Assembly: GCA_964016885.1 (NCBI GenBank)
Contig: OZ024740.1
Coordinates: 50,096,001-50,160,000, forward strand
From: Eledone cirrhosa
Lineage: Eukaryota
Direction of reading: 5' to 3'
Length of the DNA stretch: 64,000 bases
Both the position numbers and the translations under genes were made by a program. The number at the start of each line of letters is the position of its first letter. The stretch's first letter is position 1. The notes below the pieces were generated by a model. The model ran no database searches. It was given only the letters and a program-made list of their open reading frames with translations, and was not told where the DNA came from. Below, in pieces: positions 1-11,000 of this stretch.

Positions 1-3
1 TAT

Positions 4-340
4 TCAGTTTGAATGTTTATGTCCAGTATGACATTTTAGTCCTGTCAAGGATTTACAAGCAAGTCCACAGATCATGCAAAGGTGAGAATTACTGCACAAT
101 GTTGCTGGTATGTTTGTTAATACTTTTGTCCTCCTTCTTGCTTCTTATAGCCGATGGTTACAACTGGATTCCTGATCCCATTATAACATCCAGAACTCCA
201 GTCCTTCCGTTCCAAGACCACTTCTTCAAATGTCTCATAAGGAGAAGTATATTGCTTGTTGAAAGATTATTCTTCAGCTTGTCTTCGTATCTGAACCATA
301 GTCGTTCAACATTTCTATATCAAGCTGGCTGTATATGAGG
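4..340 (-). mobile_element. Degenerate 3' end of an RTE-clade (BovB-like) non-LTR retrotransposon ORF, frameshifted
   Basis: Manual minus-strand translation across frames gives LIYSQL...[19 protein letters not shown] / YETFEEVVLERKDWSSGCYNGI / HLCMICGLACKSLTGLKCHTGHKHSN*. This fits the RTE C-terminal pattern (LYGEL..RYKDxLKxxL..WExxAxDRxxW..G, then a CxxC...GLxxH..H zinc finger). Stop codon at 4-6; upstream part replaced by (TA)n. Confidence 0.75.
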
Positions 341-344
341 ACAA

Positions 345-584
<240 letters not shown>

Positions 585-589
<5 letters not shown>

Positions 590-626
590 AAAAAGTATCT
601 GCCGTCGGGGTCATACTTTTTCCTAT
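585..626. other. 14-bp perfect inverted repeat (hairpin)
   Basis: ATAGGAAAAAGTAT (585-598) and ATACTTTTTCCTAT (613-626) flank the 14-nt loop CTGCCGTCGGGGTC. Confidence 0.85.
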
Positions 627-705
627 TACCCACTCTACTACCCTAAGTATTGAGTACTCTGGTGCGTTATGGTCCATCTGGTTCCTTACCACATTTCCTT
701 TGTTA

Positions 706-799
706 CATATATATATGTATATGTATATATGTGTGTATATATATGTGTATATGTACATATATATATATGTATATATATATACATATATATATATATGTG

Positions 800-840
<41 letters not shown>

Positions 841-859
841 GTATATATATATAGATATG

Positions 860-921
<62 letters not shown>

Positions 922-922
922 A

Positions 923-957
<35 letters not shown>

Positions 958-995
958 CATATATATGTATATATATATATATATACATATATATG

Positions 996-1045
<50 letters not shown>

Positions 1046-1285
1046 TATGTATATATATATATATATACATATATATGTATACATATATATATATACATAT
1101 ATATATATGTATACATATATATAGATATACATATATATCTATATATATGTGTATACATATATATTTACATATATATATATATATATATATGTATATATGC
1201 ATATATATGTATATATATATATGTATACATATATATATATATATGTATACATATATATATATGCATATATACATATATACATATA

Positions 1286-1332
<47 letters not shown>

Positions 1333-1361
1333 GTATACATATATATATTTGGTTGTATACA

Positions 1362-1396
<35 letters not shown>

Positions 1397-1426
1397 GTAT
1401 ACATATATATAGATATACATATATAT
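706..1426. repeat. Long imperfect (TA)n/(TACA)/(TATG) microsatellite
   Basis: Directly visible. Confidence 0.98.
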
Positions 1427-1846
1427 AAGAGTCAATGGCCATCCAAAATCACCGGGAGAGATGACCCCTTAGCCTTTGTCAAGGCAGAATTCTAGGAGAA
1501 GGAAAACTCTGATATAACACCTGCATGATGTTGACTTGTTCTTCTTTTTGGTAAATATCATCTTGGTTAAAAGAGTGGGACTGGCTTTGTGCAGTGCCTT
1601 TGCTTACTATAAAAGCTTCACGGCACAGGCATTGCTTTATATCTGGAGATCTCTCTGCACTTGTCGTCACATGGTACCATGGGCCCAGCTCTATGTGTCA
1701 ATAATTGTCACAAGTGTTGTGTTTGTACCAGAGTTTTCGAGTCGCTGGTTGGTCTAAAAAGTCACACTCGTTCAGCGGATCGGTAGGGGTTCTCCTACAT
1801 GGATATAAAGTAATGGCTGTACTCGAAAACGACTTGGCAGCCACCA
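1427..1846 (+). mobile_element. Non-autonomous RTE-related retroelement (SINE-like), copy 1, 5'-truncated
   Basis: Highly similar to the reverse complement of 3355-3766 and 3856-4292. Contains CTAGGAGAAGGAAAACTCTGA, resembling the conserved RTE LINE 5'-UTR motif. Ends GGCAGCCACC plus a (TA)n tail and has a ~17-bp deletion near 1525 relative to the other copies. Confidence 0.7.
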
Positions 1847-1858
1847 TATATATATGTA

Positions 1859-1924
<66 letters not shown>
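1847..1924. repeat. (TA)n microsatellite (tail of copy 1)
   Basis: Directly visible. Confidence 0.95.
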
Positions 1925-1928
<4 letters not shown>

Positions 1929-2421
1929 TAAACGGAATAGAAAATGCTGACAAATTGTTCACAGTTGAAAAATATTTTAATTAGGAATAAAAGAGTATTA
2001 GTAATTGTATTGGTTAGTATTCAGTTGTGGTTTTAAGTTTTTACCGGTTGCGCATTTCTAAATACTTTTCAAAAATAATTTTGAGATAGAGTGTCCGTGT
2101 TGTTTGCTCTGATCTGATTAGTTTTGGGAATTTTTGCACAAGAATTTTTTGCACAAGAATTTTTGCAACACCAAGTAGCGCTGGAGCCACTTTTTTAACA
2201 TAACAACAAGTAGAATTCCCAAAACTAATCAGATCCGAGCAAACAACACGGACACTCTATCTCAAAATTATTTTTGAAAAGCATTTAGAAATGCGCAACC
2301 GGTAAAAACTTAAAACCACAACTGAATACTAACCAATACAATTACTAATACTCTTTTATTCCTAATTAAACTATTTTTCAACTGTGAACAATTTGTCAGC
2401 ATTTTCTATTCCGTTTACCAA
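1925..2421. mobile_element. 497-bp palindromic element (MITE/foldback-like): 208-bp inverted arms and 81-bp spacer
   Basis: 1925-2132 is the reverse complement of 2214-2421, with about 3 mismatches seen by eye. TA runs flank both sides and the spacer holds a short direct repeat (TTTTGCACAAGAAT x2). The palindrome is certain; its TE class is inference. Confidence 0.7.
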
Positions 2422-2460
2422 TATATAATAACTTGTGTGTTACACCTCTATTCTTTTAAC

Positions 2461-2518
<58 letters not shown>

Positions 2519-2541
2519 TATATATGTATACATATATATAT

Positions 2542-2617
<76 letters not shown>
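2461..2617. repeat. Compound (TA)n/(GA)n microsatellite
   Basis: Directly visible. Confidence 0.97.
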
Positions 2618-2622
<5 letters not shown>

Positions 2623-2794
2623 TGTAATAAACAACATAAGGCATTTACTAGTGGTTTCTTAAAAGCAAACAAATTTTGCTTTCAATCATCAGAATGAAAA
2701 AATCCTGGTGTATTTATTGACATTGGATTTTAAAAACAGAAATATAATCTATATGAAAGTGAGGCTGGAAAAGGAAGAAGGAAAGGAAAAATAA

Positions 2795-2997
2795 ACACAC
2801 ACACACACACACACACAATTACATACATACATATATACATACACACATATATACACACACATACATACACACACATATATATGTATATATATATATACAT
2901 ACACATACATATACACATACATACATACACACATATATATCAACATATCCATACATACACATACACACAAATACACAAACACGCACAGACACACACA

Positions 2998-3034
<37 letters not shown>

Positions 3035-3217
3035 TTGTGTGTATGTATGTGTATATATATGTATATATATATATATATATACATATATATACACATACAT
3101 ACACACAATCATACATATATACACACGTACGTGTATATGCGTGTATATATATGTGTGTATGTATGTGTGTGTATGTACGTGTGTATATATGTATGATTGT
3201 GTGTATGTATGTGTATA

Positions 3218-3293
<76 letters not shown>
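2795..3293. repeat. Compound (CA)n/(CATA)n/(TG)n/(TA)n microsatellite with an internal inverted duplication
   Basis: Directly visible; 3091-3130 is the reverse complement of 3175-3214. Confidence 0.95.
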
Positions 3294-3298
<5 letters not shown>

Positions 3299-3354
3299 CC
3301 GTCGAAACGGCTTCAGTTAGCCGTCGGTGTCAAACATTTTCCTATATATATATA

Positions 3355-3766
3355 TGGTGGCTGCCAACTCGTTTTCGAGTACGGCCACTACTTTATATCC
3401 ATGTAGGAGAACCCCTACCGATGCGCTAAACAAGTGTGACTTTTTAGTCCAGCCAGCGACCTGAAAACTCTGGTACAAACACTACACCTGTAACAATTAT
3501 TGACACATAGTGCTGGGCCCATGGTACCATGTGACGACAAGTGCAGAGAGATCTCCAGATATAAAGCAATGCCTGTGCCGTGAAGATTTTATAGTGAGCA
3601 AAGGCACTGCACAAAGCCAGTCCCACTCTCTTAACCAAGATGATATTTACCAAAAAGAATAACAAGTCAACATCATTGGATACCATCAGGGTTGCAGGTG
3701 TTATATCAGAGTTTTCCTTCTCCTAGAATTCTGCCTTGACAAAGGCTAAGGGGTCATCTCTCCCGG
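3355..3766 (-). mobile_element. Non-autonomous RTE-related retroelement, copy 2, 5'-truncated
   Basis: Reverse-complement match to 1427-1846 with the same 3' end (GGTGGCTGCC on +) next to (TA)n. Confidence 0.7.
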
Positions 3767-3778
3767 ATATATACATAC

Positions 3779-3809
<31 letters not shown>

Positions 3810-3855
3810 CATACATACATACATACATACATACACATATATATATATATATACA
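3767..3855. repeat. (CATA)n/(TA)n microsatellite between copies 2 and 3
   Basis: Directly visible. Confidence 0.95.
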
Positions 3856-4428
3856 TGGTGGCTGCCAACTCGTTTTCGAGTACGGCCACTACTTTATATC
3901 CATGTAGGAGAACCCCTACTGATGCGCTGAACGAGTGTGACTTTTTAGTCCAGCCAACGACTTGAAAACTCTGGTACAAACACTACACCTGTGACAATTA
4001 TTGACACATAATGCTGGGCCCATGGTACCATGTAACGACAAGTGCAGAGAGATCTCCAGATATAAAGCAATGCCTGTGCCGTGAAGCTTTTATAGTGAGC
4101 AAAGGCACTGCACAAAGCCAGTCCCACTCTCTTAACCAAGTTGATATTTACCAAAAAGAGGAACAAGTCAACATCATTGGATACAATCAGGGTTGCAGGT
4201 GTTATATCAGAGTTTTCCTTCTCCTAGAATTCTGCCTTGACAAAGGCTAAGGGGTCATCTCTCCCGGTGATTTTGGATGGCCATTGACTCTTAAGAGCTC
4301 CTTTGCCCTTTGGCAGGTTTTGTTTTTAGTCCTGCAGGATGTCCAAAGTCACCCTCCTCACCAAGAAACCTTGGTGGGGTTGCCAGTTTAGTCGCCAATG
4401 ACCCGACCATGAGACAGGTTGTACTGAG
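3856..4428 (-). mobile_element. Non-autonomous RTE-related retroelement, copy 3 (longest)
   Basis: Direct repeat of copy 2, extending ~135 bp further 5' than copy 1 (minus strand ...GGCGACTAAACTGGCAACCCCACCAAGGTTTCTTGGTG...AAAAACAAAACCTGCC). The outer boundary is approximate. Confidence 0.68.
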
Positions 4429-4449
4429 ATACATGTTACATGTGACCTG

Positions 4450-4542
4450 ACATATATATCACATATATATATATATATATATGTGTATATATATATAATC
4501 ATGATGTATGTATGTGTATGTATGTATGATGTATGTGTATGT
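4450..4542. repeat. (TA)n/(TATG)n microsatellite
   Basis: Directly visible. Confidence 0.9.
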
Positions 4543-4659
4543 AACAAAAGGGTTCCCAAGAAACGCTAGAGGAGGTCTGATTATTAATAAAATGTAAATT
4601 TTCGGCACACTGACTTAATAAACGTTATCTATGAGTGCATGTGAGTGGTATATTTGTCT

Positions 4660-4792
4660 TTGGCTGTGTATATTGTTAGAGTGTCAAGCAAAGTGCCTTG
4701 CTGTGTTTATTCCAACTCTCTGCGCTCAAATCCACACCAAGATTGCCTTTGCTTTTCATCCTTTCAAAATCAATCATAAAGTACTAATCGAA
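4660..4792 (+). mobile_element. Decayed tRNA-derived SINE fragment (octopus-type)
   Basis: Degenerate B-box-like GCTCAAAT followed by CTTTGCTTTTCATCCTTTC...AAAGTAC, resembling the body of abundant cephalopod SINEs (CTTTGCCTTTCATCCTTTCGGGGTCGATAAAATAAGTACC) as recalled from memory; not verified by search. Confidence 0.5.
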
Positions 4793-5451
4793 GGTGATAC
4801 ATTGACGAAATTGTTAAGCCTCTTTCGGTATATTTGCGTTCTGATGCGAAACTGTATTGGTCTAAAATTTCCTTTTGGCAACATCGGTGACGTGAAAAGG
4901 AATTCTATGCATGGATAGATTCTAGTCATCCAACGAATACCCTGCTCATGCTTGCGTTGAACAGACAGGGGGGTGGAGACAGCACAAACGAAATAAGAGT
5001 AATTAATACATTTGGAGTGAAGTATATGTAAGAAAATGATAAAGTTTGTTCGTGACAGTACATTGTAATATTAGATTTTAAGCTTAGTATATGCCAAAAA
5101 ATCATCAGATGACAAATTCAACCAGTTTCTTAGTAAATAGTATTGATCCATTATGTTATATAGAAATGGACATGGAAAGATAAAAACTTGAAAGTATCAG
5201 AGAGTCTATTGCTATAAGATATACTCTGATCAAGTATTTATCAGTGAGTAAGGACTGAACAGGGAATACAGATAGCCTATGATTATTCTTTTAAAATAGT
5301 TAACACAATGGTCTAAAAAAGAAAGGATAGAAAATGAATGCCAACAAGGAAGTTGTAGCGAATGTTATCAGCAAAGTATCCAGGAACTATTTTAAATACA
5401 TGGCCGGCTAAAGTACTGTTGACTATTTAGTATTATCTAGCGTATTACTTT

Positions 5452-5663
5452 CAATAAAAGTGACCTTAAAATTATAGACTGTTGACATCTATGAATTTTA
5501 ATAAAATATAAGTGGTGGAGACTTGTAAAAGGTGAATTTAACACATTTTCGTTTGACCAATAAAAGTGACTTTAAAATTATAGACCGTTGACATCTATGA
5601 ATTTGAATAAAATATAAGTGGTGGACACTTGTAAAAGATGAATTTAACACATTTTTGTTTGAA
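5452..5663. repeat. Tandem duplication, 2 x 106 bp
   Basis: CAATAAAAGTGAC...GTTTGA starts at 5452 and again at 5558, with a handful of substitutions. Confidence 0.93.
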
Positions 5664-6070
5664 CTTGGGTATGAAGTTAAATATTTAGATTAATTTAATA
5701 TCATCTGGAAGTAGTACCATTTTAAATGTAATTCAATTAAATACACATCGATGATTGCTACAGTTGCTGCTTCTATGGAAAGGATCGAAAGCGCTCAACA
5801 TTTTATATTAATATCTAGAATTATATAGATAGATGTCAGCTATTGCGTTACTGGTTATCAATTTAAACATTTCTTATTGCTTGCATCTGCAGCAATAGTT
5901 GTTGTTGTGGAAGGATAAGAGAGAAAATGAAAACAGTTACTAAAAGAAAAAATTTAGTAAAATTAGAAATAATTTATGACTGAAGAAAATAAAAGAAAGT
6001 TACGATTGACAGGTACAAAAATATTAAAACAGATTATAATTTATGTACCTGTATATGTGTGCAATCGTCG

Positions 6071-6136
6071 AGAAATAGATAGAAAGAGAGGGGAGAGAGA
6101 GCGAGAGAAAGCGCGAGAGAGAGAGAGAGAGAGAGA
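6071..6136. repeat. (GA)n microsatellite
   Basis: Directly visible. Confidence 0.92.
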
Positions 6137-6190
6137 TGGTTACTGTTGAGTATAATCACTGTTTGTGTTCCCTTTCTTTTTTCCTTTTAG

Positions 6191-6365
6191 TATACAGTGC
6201 CGCCCGACTATGGGTTCTCTCAATGACGAAGATATGCCAAGACAAAAACTACTCCTCCTAATCAGCGATGATACTTCAACAGAGGATGCAGCTGAGCAAG
6301 TGACCGTGGGATGGTGCCAGCTCTTCCCTATACTATACCGTCCATGTTCTCTCATAAATGGGTGA
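6191..6365 (+). CDS. Possible (terminal) exon of an unidentified gene
   Basis: A strong polypyrimidine tract plus AG (GTTCCCTTTCTTTTTTCCTTTTAG, ends 6190) precedes higher-GC, complex sequence open in one frame (IQCRPTMGSLNDEDMPRQKLLLLISDDTSTEDAAEQVTVGWCQLFPILYRPCSLING, then TGATGA). No recognisable protein family. Confidence 0.2.
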
Positions 6366-7599
6366 TGAAGTCATCGAGACCGATGACTTGAGGAACGGGT
6401 GAAGTGAGATATATTTCCTCGATGCAGGAGGAGATATGGTTGAAGAATTGATCGTGCTTGCGTGTATTTAGATGTGTAGGGGAAGGAGGTTTTGCACCAG
6501 GCTAACTGGAGTATGAAACATGAAAAGTAGCCAGAACAACAGACATGGTCTGTAGATAAGTAATAACAGACATGGTCTGTAGATAAGGAACAATAGGCAT
6601 AGTCTGTAGATAAGGAACAACAGACGCGGTCTGTAGATAAGGAACACAAGACATAGTCTGTAGATAAAGAACAATAGACATTGTCTGTAGATAAGGAACA
6701 ACAAATATGGTCTGTAGATAAGGAAAAATAGACATGGTCTGTAGATAAAGAACAGCAGACATGGTCTGTAGATAAGGAACAATAGACATGGTCTGTAGAT
6801 AAGGAACAACAGATATGGTCTGTAGATAAGGAACAATAGACATGGTCTGTAGATAAAGAACAGCAGACATGGTCTGTAGATAAGGAACAACAGACATGGT
6901 CTATAGATAACTAACAACAGACATGGTCTGTAGATAAGGAACAACAGACATGGTATGTAGACAAGGAACAACAGAAATGGTCTGTAGATAAGGAACAGAC
7001 ATGGTCTATAGATAAGGAACAAAAGAATGGTCTGTAGATAAGGAACAACAGACATGGTCTGTACATGAGGAACAACAGACATAGTCTGGAGATAAGGAAC
7101 AACAGACATTGTCTGTAGATAAGGAACAACATACATGGTCTGTAGATAAGGAACAACAGACATGGTCTGTAGATAAGGAACAACAGATATGGTCTGTAGA
7201 TAAGGAACAACAGATATGGTCTGTAGATAAGGAACAACAGATATGGTCTATAGATAAGGAACAACAGACATGGTCTGTGGATAAAGAACAACAGACATGG
7301 TCTGTAGATAAGGAACAACCAACATGGTCTGTAGATAAGGAACAACATACATGGTCTGTAGATAAGGAACAACAGACATGGTCTGTAGATAAGGAACAAA
7401 AGACATGGTCTATAGATAAGGAACGACAGACATGGTCTGTAGATAAGGAACAACAAACATGGTCTGTAGATAAGGAACAACAGACATGGTCTGTAGATAA
7501 GGAACAACATACATGGTCTATAGATAAGGAATAACAGACATGGTCTGTAGATAAGGAACAACAGACATGGTCTATAGATAAGGAATAACAGACATGGTC

Positions 7600-8720
7600 T
7601 GTAGATAAGGAACAGACATGGTCTGTAGATAAGGAACAACAGATATGGTCTATAGATAAGGAACAACAGACATGGTCTATAGATAAGGAACAAACACGGT
7701 CTGTAGATAAGGAACAACAAACATGGTCTGTAGATAAGGAACAACAAACATGGTCTGTAGATTAGGAACAACAGACATCGTCTGTAGATAAGGAATAACA
7801 GACATGGTCTATAGATAAGGAACAAACATGGTCTGCAGATAAGGAACAACAAACATGGTCTGTAGATAAGGAACAACAAACATGGTCTGTAGATAAGGAA
7901 CAACAGACATCGTCTGTAGATAAGGAACAACAAACATGGTCTGTATATAAGGAACAACAGACATGGTCTGTAGATAAGGAACAAGAGACATGGTCTATAG
8001 ATAAGGAACGACAGACATGGTCTGTAGATAAAAAACAGACATGGTCTATAGATAACGAACAGACATGGTCTGTAGATAAGGAACCACAGACATGGTCTGT
8101 AGATAAGGAACAACAGACATCGTCTGTAGATAAGGAACAACAGACATGGTCTATAGATAAGGAATAACAGACATGGTCTGTAGATAAGGAACAACAAACA
8201 TGGTCTGTAGATAAGGAACAACAAACATGGTCTGTAGATAAGGAACAACAGACATGGTCTGTAGATAAGGAACAGACATGGTCTGTAGATAAGGAACAAC
8301 AGATATGGTCTATAGATAAGGAACAACAGACATGGTCTATAGATAAGGAACAAACACGGTCTGTAGATAAGGAACAACAAACATGGTCTGTAGATAAGGA
8401 ACAACAAACATGGTCTGTAGATTAGGAACGACAGACATCGTCTGTAGATGAGGAACAACAGACATGGTCTATAGATAAGGAACAAACATGGTCTGCAGAT
8501 AAGGAACAACAAACATGGTCTGTAGATAAGGAACAACAAACATGGTCTGTAGATAAGGAACAACAGACATCGTCTGTAGATAAGGAACAACAAACATGGT
8601 CTGTAGATAAGGAACAACAGACATAGTCTGTAGATAAGGAACAAAAGACATGGTCTATAGATAAGGAACGACAGACATGGTCTGTAGATAAAAAACAGAC
8701 ATGGTCTATAGAAAACGAAC
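7600..8720. repeat. 660-bp-offset higher-order duplication within the satellite
   Basis: Rare variants recur at +660: CAAACACGGT 7691/8351, ATTAGG 7761/8421, ORFs 7809/8469. Confidence 0.85.
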
Positions 8721-10384
8721 AGACATGGTCTGTAGATAAGGAACAACAGACATGGTCTGTAGATAAGGAGCAACAGACATGGTCTGTAGATAAGGAACAA
8801 CAGACATGGTCTGTAGATAAGGAACAACAGACATGGTCTGTAGATAAGTAACAACAAATATGGTCTATAGATAAGGAACACAAGGCATAATCTGTAAATA
8901 AGGAACAATAGACATAGTCTGTAGATAAAGAACAGCAGACATGGTCTGTAGATAAGGAACAACAAATATGGTCTGTAGATAAGGAACAATAGATATGGTC
9001 TGTAGATAAAGAACAGCAGACATGGTCTGTAGATAAGGAACAATAGACATGGTCTGTAGATAAGGAGCAACAGATATGGTCTGTAGATAAGGAACAATAG
9101 ACATGGTCTGTAGATAAAGAACAACAGACATGGTCTATAGGTAAGGAACAACAGACATGGTCTGTAGGTAAGGAACAACAGACATGGTCTATAGGTAAGG
9201 AACAACAGACATGGTCTATAGGTAAGGAACAACAGACATGGTCTATAGATAAGGAACAAGACATGGTCTATAGATAAGAAACAACAGACATGGTCTGTAG
9301 GTAAGGAACAACAGACATGGTCTATAGATAAGGAACAACAGACATGGTCTGTAGATAAGGAACAACAGACATGGTCTGTAGGTAAGGAGCAACAGACATG
9401 GTCTATAGATAAGGAACAACAGACATGGTCTGTAGGTAAGGAACAACAGACATGGTCTGTAGATAAGGAACAAGACATGGTCTGTAGGTAAGGAACAAGA
9501 GACATGGTCCATAGATAAGGAACAACAGACATGGTCTGTAGATAAGGAATAACAGACATGGTCTATAGATAAGGAACAAGACATGGTCTGTAGGTAAGGA
9601 ACAAGAGACATGGTCTATAGATAAGGAGCAACAGACATGGTCTATAGATAAGGAGCAACAGACATGGTCTGTAGATAAGGAGCAACAGACATGGTCTATA
9701 GATAAGGAGCAACAGACATGGTCTATAGATAAGGAGCAACAGACATGGTCTATAGATAAGGAACAACATACATGGTCTGTAGATAAGGAACAGACATGGT
9801 CTGCAGATAAGGAACAACAGACATCGTCTGTAGATAAGGAACAACAGACATGGTCTATAGATAAGGAACAACAGACATGGTCTGTAGATAAGGAGCAACA
9901 GACATGGTCTATAGATAAGGAGCAACGGACATGGTCTGTAGATAAGGAACAACAGACATGGTTTGTAGATAAGGAACAACAGACAAGGTCTATAGATAAG
10001 GAACAACAGACATGGTCTGTAGATAAGGAGCAACGGACATGGTCTATAGATAAGGAGCAACAGACATCGTCTGTAGATAAGGAACAACAGACATGGTCTA
10101 TAGATAAGGAACACAAGGCATAATCTGTAGATAAGGAACAATAGACATAGTCTGTAGATAAAGAACAGCAGACATGGTCTGTAGATAAGGAACAACAAAT
10201 ATGGTCTGTAGATAAGGAACAATAGATATGGTCTGTAGATAAAGAACAGCAGACATGGTCTGTAGGTAAGGAACAACAGACATGGTCTATAGATAAGGAA
10301 TAACAGACATGGTCTATAGATAAGGAACTACAGACATGGTCTATAGAAAAGGAATAACAGACATGGTCTGTAGATAAGGAACAA

Positions 10385-11000
10385 CAGACATGGTCTGTAG
10401 GTAAGGAACAACAGACATGGTCTATAGATAATAAACAACAGACATGGTCTATAGATAAGGAACAACAGACATGGTCTGTAGGTAAGGAACAACAGACATG
10501 GTCTATAGATAAGGAATAACAGACATGGTCTATAGATAAGGAACAACAGACATGGTCTGTAGGTAAGGAACAACAGACATGGTCTATAGATAAGGAATAA
10601 CAGACATGGTCTATAGATAAGAAACAACAGACATGGTCTGTAGGTAAGGAACAACAGACATGGTCTATAGATAAGGAATAACAGACATGGTCTATAGATA
10701 AGGAACAACAGACATGGTCTGTAGGTAAGGAACAACAGACATGGTCTATAGATAAGGAATAACAGACATGGTCTATAGATAAGGAACAACAGACATGGTC
10801 TGTAGGTAAGGAACAACAGACATGGTCTATAGATAAGGAATAACAGACATGGTCTATAGATAAGGAACAACAGACATGGTCTGTAGGTAAGGAACAACAG
10901 ACATGGTCTATAGATAAGGAATAACAGACATGGTCTATAGATAAGGAACAACAGACATGGTCTGTAGGTAAGGAACAGCAGACATGGTCTATAGATAAGG
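10385..11000. repeat. 81-bp (3-monomer) higher-order repeat, ~7-8 copies
   Basis: The TAGGT variant recurs every 81 bp (about 10400, 10481, 10562 ... 10967), usually followed by TCTA and GAAT monomers. Confidence 0.9.

Noticed and set aside
9-338. 109-aa plus-strand ORF
   Set aside because: It is antisense to the RTE remnant and has no recognisable features.
1479-4250. Recurrent 63-81 aa ORFs (VNIILVKRVGLALCSAFA...)
   Set aside because: They recur only because they lie in the three repeat copies; starts and ends are inconsistent and no domain is recognisable.
4836-4866. CTGATGCGAAAC as a hammerhead core
   Set aside because: There is no stem II between the core halves and no supporting stems I/III.
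6362-6395. Hammerhead ribozyme, C/D box or SECIS at GTGATGA-hairpin-TTGAG
   Set aside because: It lacks CUGAUGA and GAAA for a hammerhead, has no CUGA D box, and the stem is too short with no apical AA for a SECIS.
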